DNA from: Vezdaea acicularis
Taxonomy: Eukaryota
DNA: 20,290 nt
Assembly: GCA_026025075.1 (NCBI GenBank)
Contig: JAPEUI010000080.1
Span: 62,001 to 82,290 of the forward strand
Reading direction: 5' to 3'
The translations under genes were made by a program, and so were the position numbers. The notes below the pieces were generated by a model. That model did no database searches and was not told the DNA's origin. It saw only the letters and a program-made list of their open reading frames with translations. Shown here piece after piece: positions 17,416 to 20,290 of this stretch. Every line of letters starts with the position of its first letter. Within the stretch, counting starts at the first letter, position 1.

Positions 17416-19384
17416 AACGCAGAAGGACGGAGAATGAAGGCATAAGAATCGTTGCTGAGAGCAGGTTTGACTCTCGAGAGCAAAGAGGGGAAAGAAGCAG
17501 AAAGATGGGGTTGGCTTTATCAGCCAGCAGAGCCGCCTCTTCGGAGATAAAGGTCAACGCGGCCATCATGTAAGGGTTCGACGTGCATAAACCGTGGCGC
17601 GTCAGTTGCGAGAGAAAGGAATCAATCGTATTCGCCTTACAAAGGCGAGGGAGATGACCAGCCTTGCGGCATGAAAAGACAAAAGATGCTTGACACGACT
17701 GGACCGCGCTGCACTGCACGCCTCTTGCCTGAGAAGGAAAGGGTGAAGGCGTGAGGACCATCATTGGGGAGGAGGTTGACACGGCTGAGGGTGGCAGAGC
17801 GAAAGCATCATGCGGACCCGAGTGATAAAAGCTCTTGCGTCGGAGATTCTTCCAATCGACTAGACTTAGAGCAAGAGGGCTACCAGTTACGGTCAGCGAC
17901 CAGGATCGCGGCTTGAGTAATCCGTCTTCAGAGCCAGCCAAGGCCTGTCAAAACTGCCACCAAATGGGGTGAATTGCCCCCATTGGAGTTTCATTCAGCT
18001 GCAGACCTATTTGGTTGCGAGCTGTCAAACCCTAAGCTTTGCCCGTCTCGTCCTAGGGCCGCAGACCGCAACGGGCAAGCCCCGCATTTGGAGCAGGGCT
18101 CGGGCGCCAGCACGTATGTCCGCATGGCACGGTCGGGGGTCGGGTCAAGCATGTTCGCGAGACGAAGACTCGATCGACACAGCATTACTCGATCATACGT
18201 CCTGGAGGAACGCCACGACGGGAGTGAGAGCTGAGAGTGCTCGACGAAAGGTGATGGGGGCAAGAAGAAGCGTGACGAGCTCCAGCGGTCGTTTATTGGG
18301 AAGCGGCCCGCGTGGGACACGAGGCCAAAGCTCGGTTCGGGAGGGCTCGGTTACAAGCTTTGCTTCGGCCACGCCGGTGGGGAATCTCTTCGAACTAGGG
18401 CAGAGCCTCAACCCAACAGTCAAGCTTTCTGTTGCTCGCACTCCCGTCTTCTGCCCCCACAGAGCCGCAATGATACCACTGCGACCCAGAAGAAGATCGC
18501 ATCTTCGGCGAAGGCCGCGTTGAGAAGCGTCCCTCTGATAAGTTTGAGTCCAGAATAAGGAACTTTTCTCCACTCAGTATGACTGTGGGGCTTCAATCCA
18601 AAATGGCGACTTGAGATTGGAACTTGGCTCCGCTGCTCGTCATTTCTTGCGTTGAAGGGCATCTCTTTCTCGTAGTTTCAGAGCAAATCAGCTGATGGTA
18701 GGGGCTCGCGTATTGCCCAGGGGAAAGTAGCATCACGTTGTCGCGGCCATCTCCTGTCATGAAGATGAGAGCCAAAGACTGCGCTGACCCTACGCTAGGC
18801 CGACATCAGGTGACCCACCGTAGGTGAGATCGTGGAGAGACGCTTGGGCACAAGTCTCTGGTATTGAACTGTATATGAAAGATCCAGTGGCTGCTATGAT
18901 GTATCTGCTACTCTTGGCACCTATTGCTTTCTACCCTGCGTAACGTGACGCCCGCAGCCATGCCCTATTAAGCGTAGTTCATTCCCGAACCATCCATGCA
19001 TGCACAATTCCACTCATGGCCATCCGCGCACATCTCGCAGCCCCAAATATGCCAATGTGAAGAAAAAATGACGGCTCTCCCTCGGCTCGCTCCTGAAACG
19101 CACCAGGCCGAAAGGGGGTTGAAGCGAAAGAATGCAAGCGACGAGTCAGCGGCCGGAGCAGACCCAAGACCGCATCTCTTCAGCCGCCCAAGGGGGTACA
19201 CTACGGTAGGATTGCGTGCGGTTTGCTGGGAATGAAGACTTTGAGCGGCATCGAGCGGTTGGGAAAGTGGCTACGTATGAAGAAAAGAAGCTGGCCTTGT
19301 GCGCTGCAATCAAAAGGACGGCGGAGCTAGCTGTCGTGCTGTTGGAGACTCCTTGATCGTGGAGACGAGATGAAGGGAGATGAT

Positions 19385-19412
19385 GACAGAATGGACAGAA
19401 TGGACTAGAATG
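19385..19412. repeat. Short tandem repeat (GACAGAATG)x2 plus GACTAGAATG
   Basis: Direct 9-bp unit repeated twice, with a third copy carrying a 1-nt insertion. Confidence 0.7.
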
Positions 19413-20290
19413 CCGTGGGACGTCGAGGACCCTGTTCCGGAAGGGAAGGCACGGAGGAGCGACAGGTCTCGTCTCTCGCGATCACGAGGAAGGGGATGAG
19501 GACGGGGCGGTTATAGCCGCAGAACAAATAATTGGCAGTCCTGCGGTGGCTGTATGTACGGACGTGCAGCGCAGTCTACAGTCCACGCCCGCGCGACTCG
19601 ATCGATAGATTCGTGAAGCCAACGACGCATCTCGTGAAGAGCCATTTTTGTCTCTTACATGCGGTGGTGGCCAAAGGGGGGGGGGCAGCCGGCGGCTCTC
19701 CTGACCCTGGCATGGATGACGACGCATGTCTCTTGTCTCTGTTGTCTTGTCTCTCGCGCCACCCGAAGCGGAGGGTCAAAGAGCGATCTCTTGCCCAAGC
19801 TGCACATACCGCACACATACCGTATCGTCCGTACAAGTGGATAGCAGAGGTCTCATCTGACAGATCTCTCCTTTCCATGCCAGACGGGCTGGTTGGTGAG
19901 GACTGGCACCAGCGTGAGGGCAAAATGCACGGTAGCTCGAGGGCGGTCAGAGCCAGTCAGACGATCCCACTCCACGAGGAAGACGCCGTCCGGTGTCGAG
20001 TGAGCGATCAAGCCCAACGGCGCCAGAGCTGATAGGCGTCACGGCGAGCGCCGCGGTGGAGGCGATCGCGGTCTTGGCAGGGGTCGCCGCCGGGTCGCCG
20101 CAGCTGGGCGGGAGCAGCGCCCAATCACGGGCGCGTCGCCGCGGCCGCCCGAGTCGTCGGCAGTCCCTAAATCTCCCCCAGCGCCGTCCCCCGCTCGTGC
20201 AACAGCCGCGCGACCGACGACCCTGCCCCTCGGCCGACCCCTACCGCGATCACTGCAATCTCGCGCTCTCTCCAGGACGCCGCGCACGTC

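Noticed and set aside
20039..20290. GC-rich - strand ORF at the window edge
   Set aside because: Arg/Gly/Pro-rich translation typical of stop-poor GC-rich DNA with no domain signal. It cannot be judged without flanking sequence.
1..20290. Transposon, RIP-degraded repeat, CRISPR array or secondary-metabolite cluster
   Set aside because: No transposase/RT motifs, terminal repeats, AT-rich RIP tracts, repeat-spacer arrays or PKS/NRPS backbone genes were seen.

Overview
Eukaryotic genomic DNA from a filamentous ascomycete (Pezizomycotina-type short GT-AG introns with CTRAC-like branch points). It contains the 3' end of a gene with a His/Gln/Asn-rich tail, an EFM6-like protein-lysine methyltransferase (3 exons), MPP10, an SPX-domain membrane protein (4 exons), an Oca5-like TBC-fold protein, CBP4 (4 exons, largely missed by the ORF track), a mitochondrial ACOT9-like hotdog acyl-CoA thioesterase (3 exons), an orphan secreted Cys-rich protein, and a 725-aa multi-pass membrane protein of unknown function. 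The last ~2.9 kb has no convincing CDS. I saw no rRNA, tRNA, CRISPR or mobile element. Best leads: (1) an SPX inositol-pyrophosphate sensor lies directly upstream of an Oca5-like protein with degenerate GAP fingers; (2) four genes switch from C-rich to G-rich synonymous codons along their length; (3) the secreted orphan has a pheromone-like RR-RA-EA-EA processing motif and sits beside a receptor-like membrane protein; (4) a CAG-TAG tandem splice acceptor whose proximal site creates a stop. Family assignments come from recalled motifs, not database searches.
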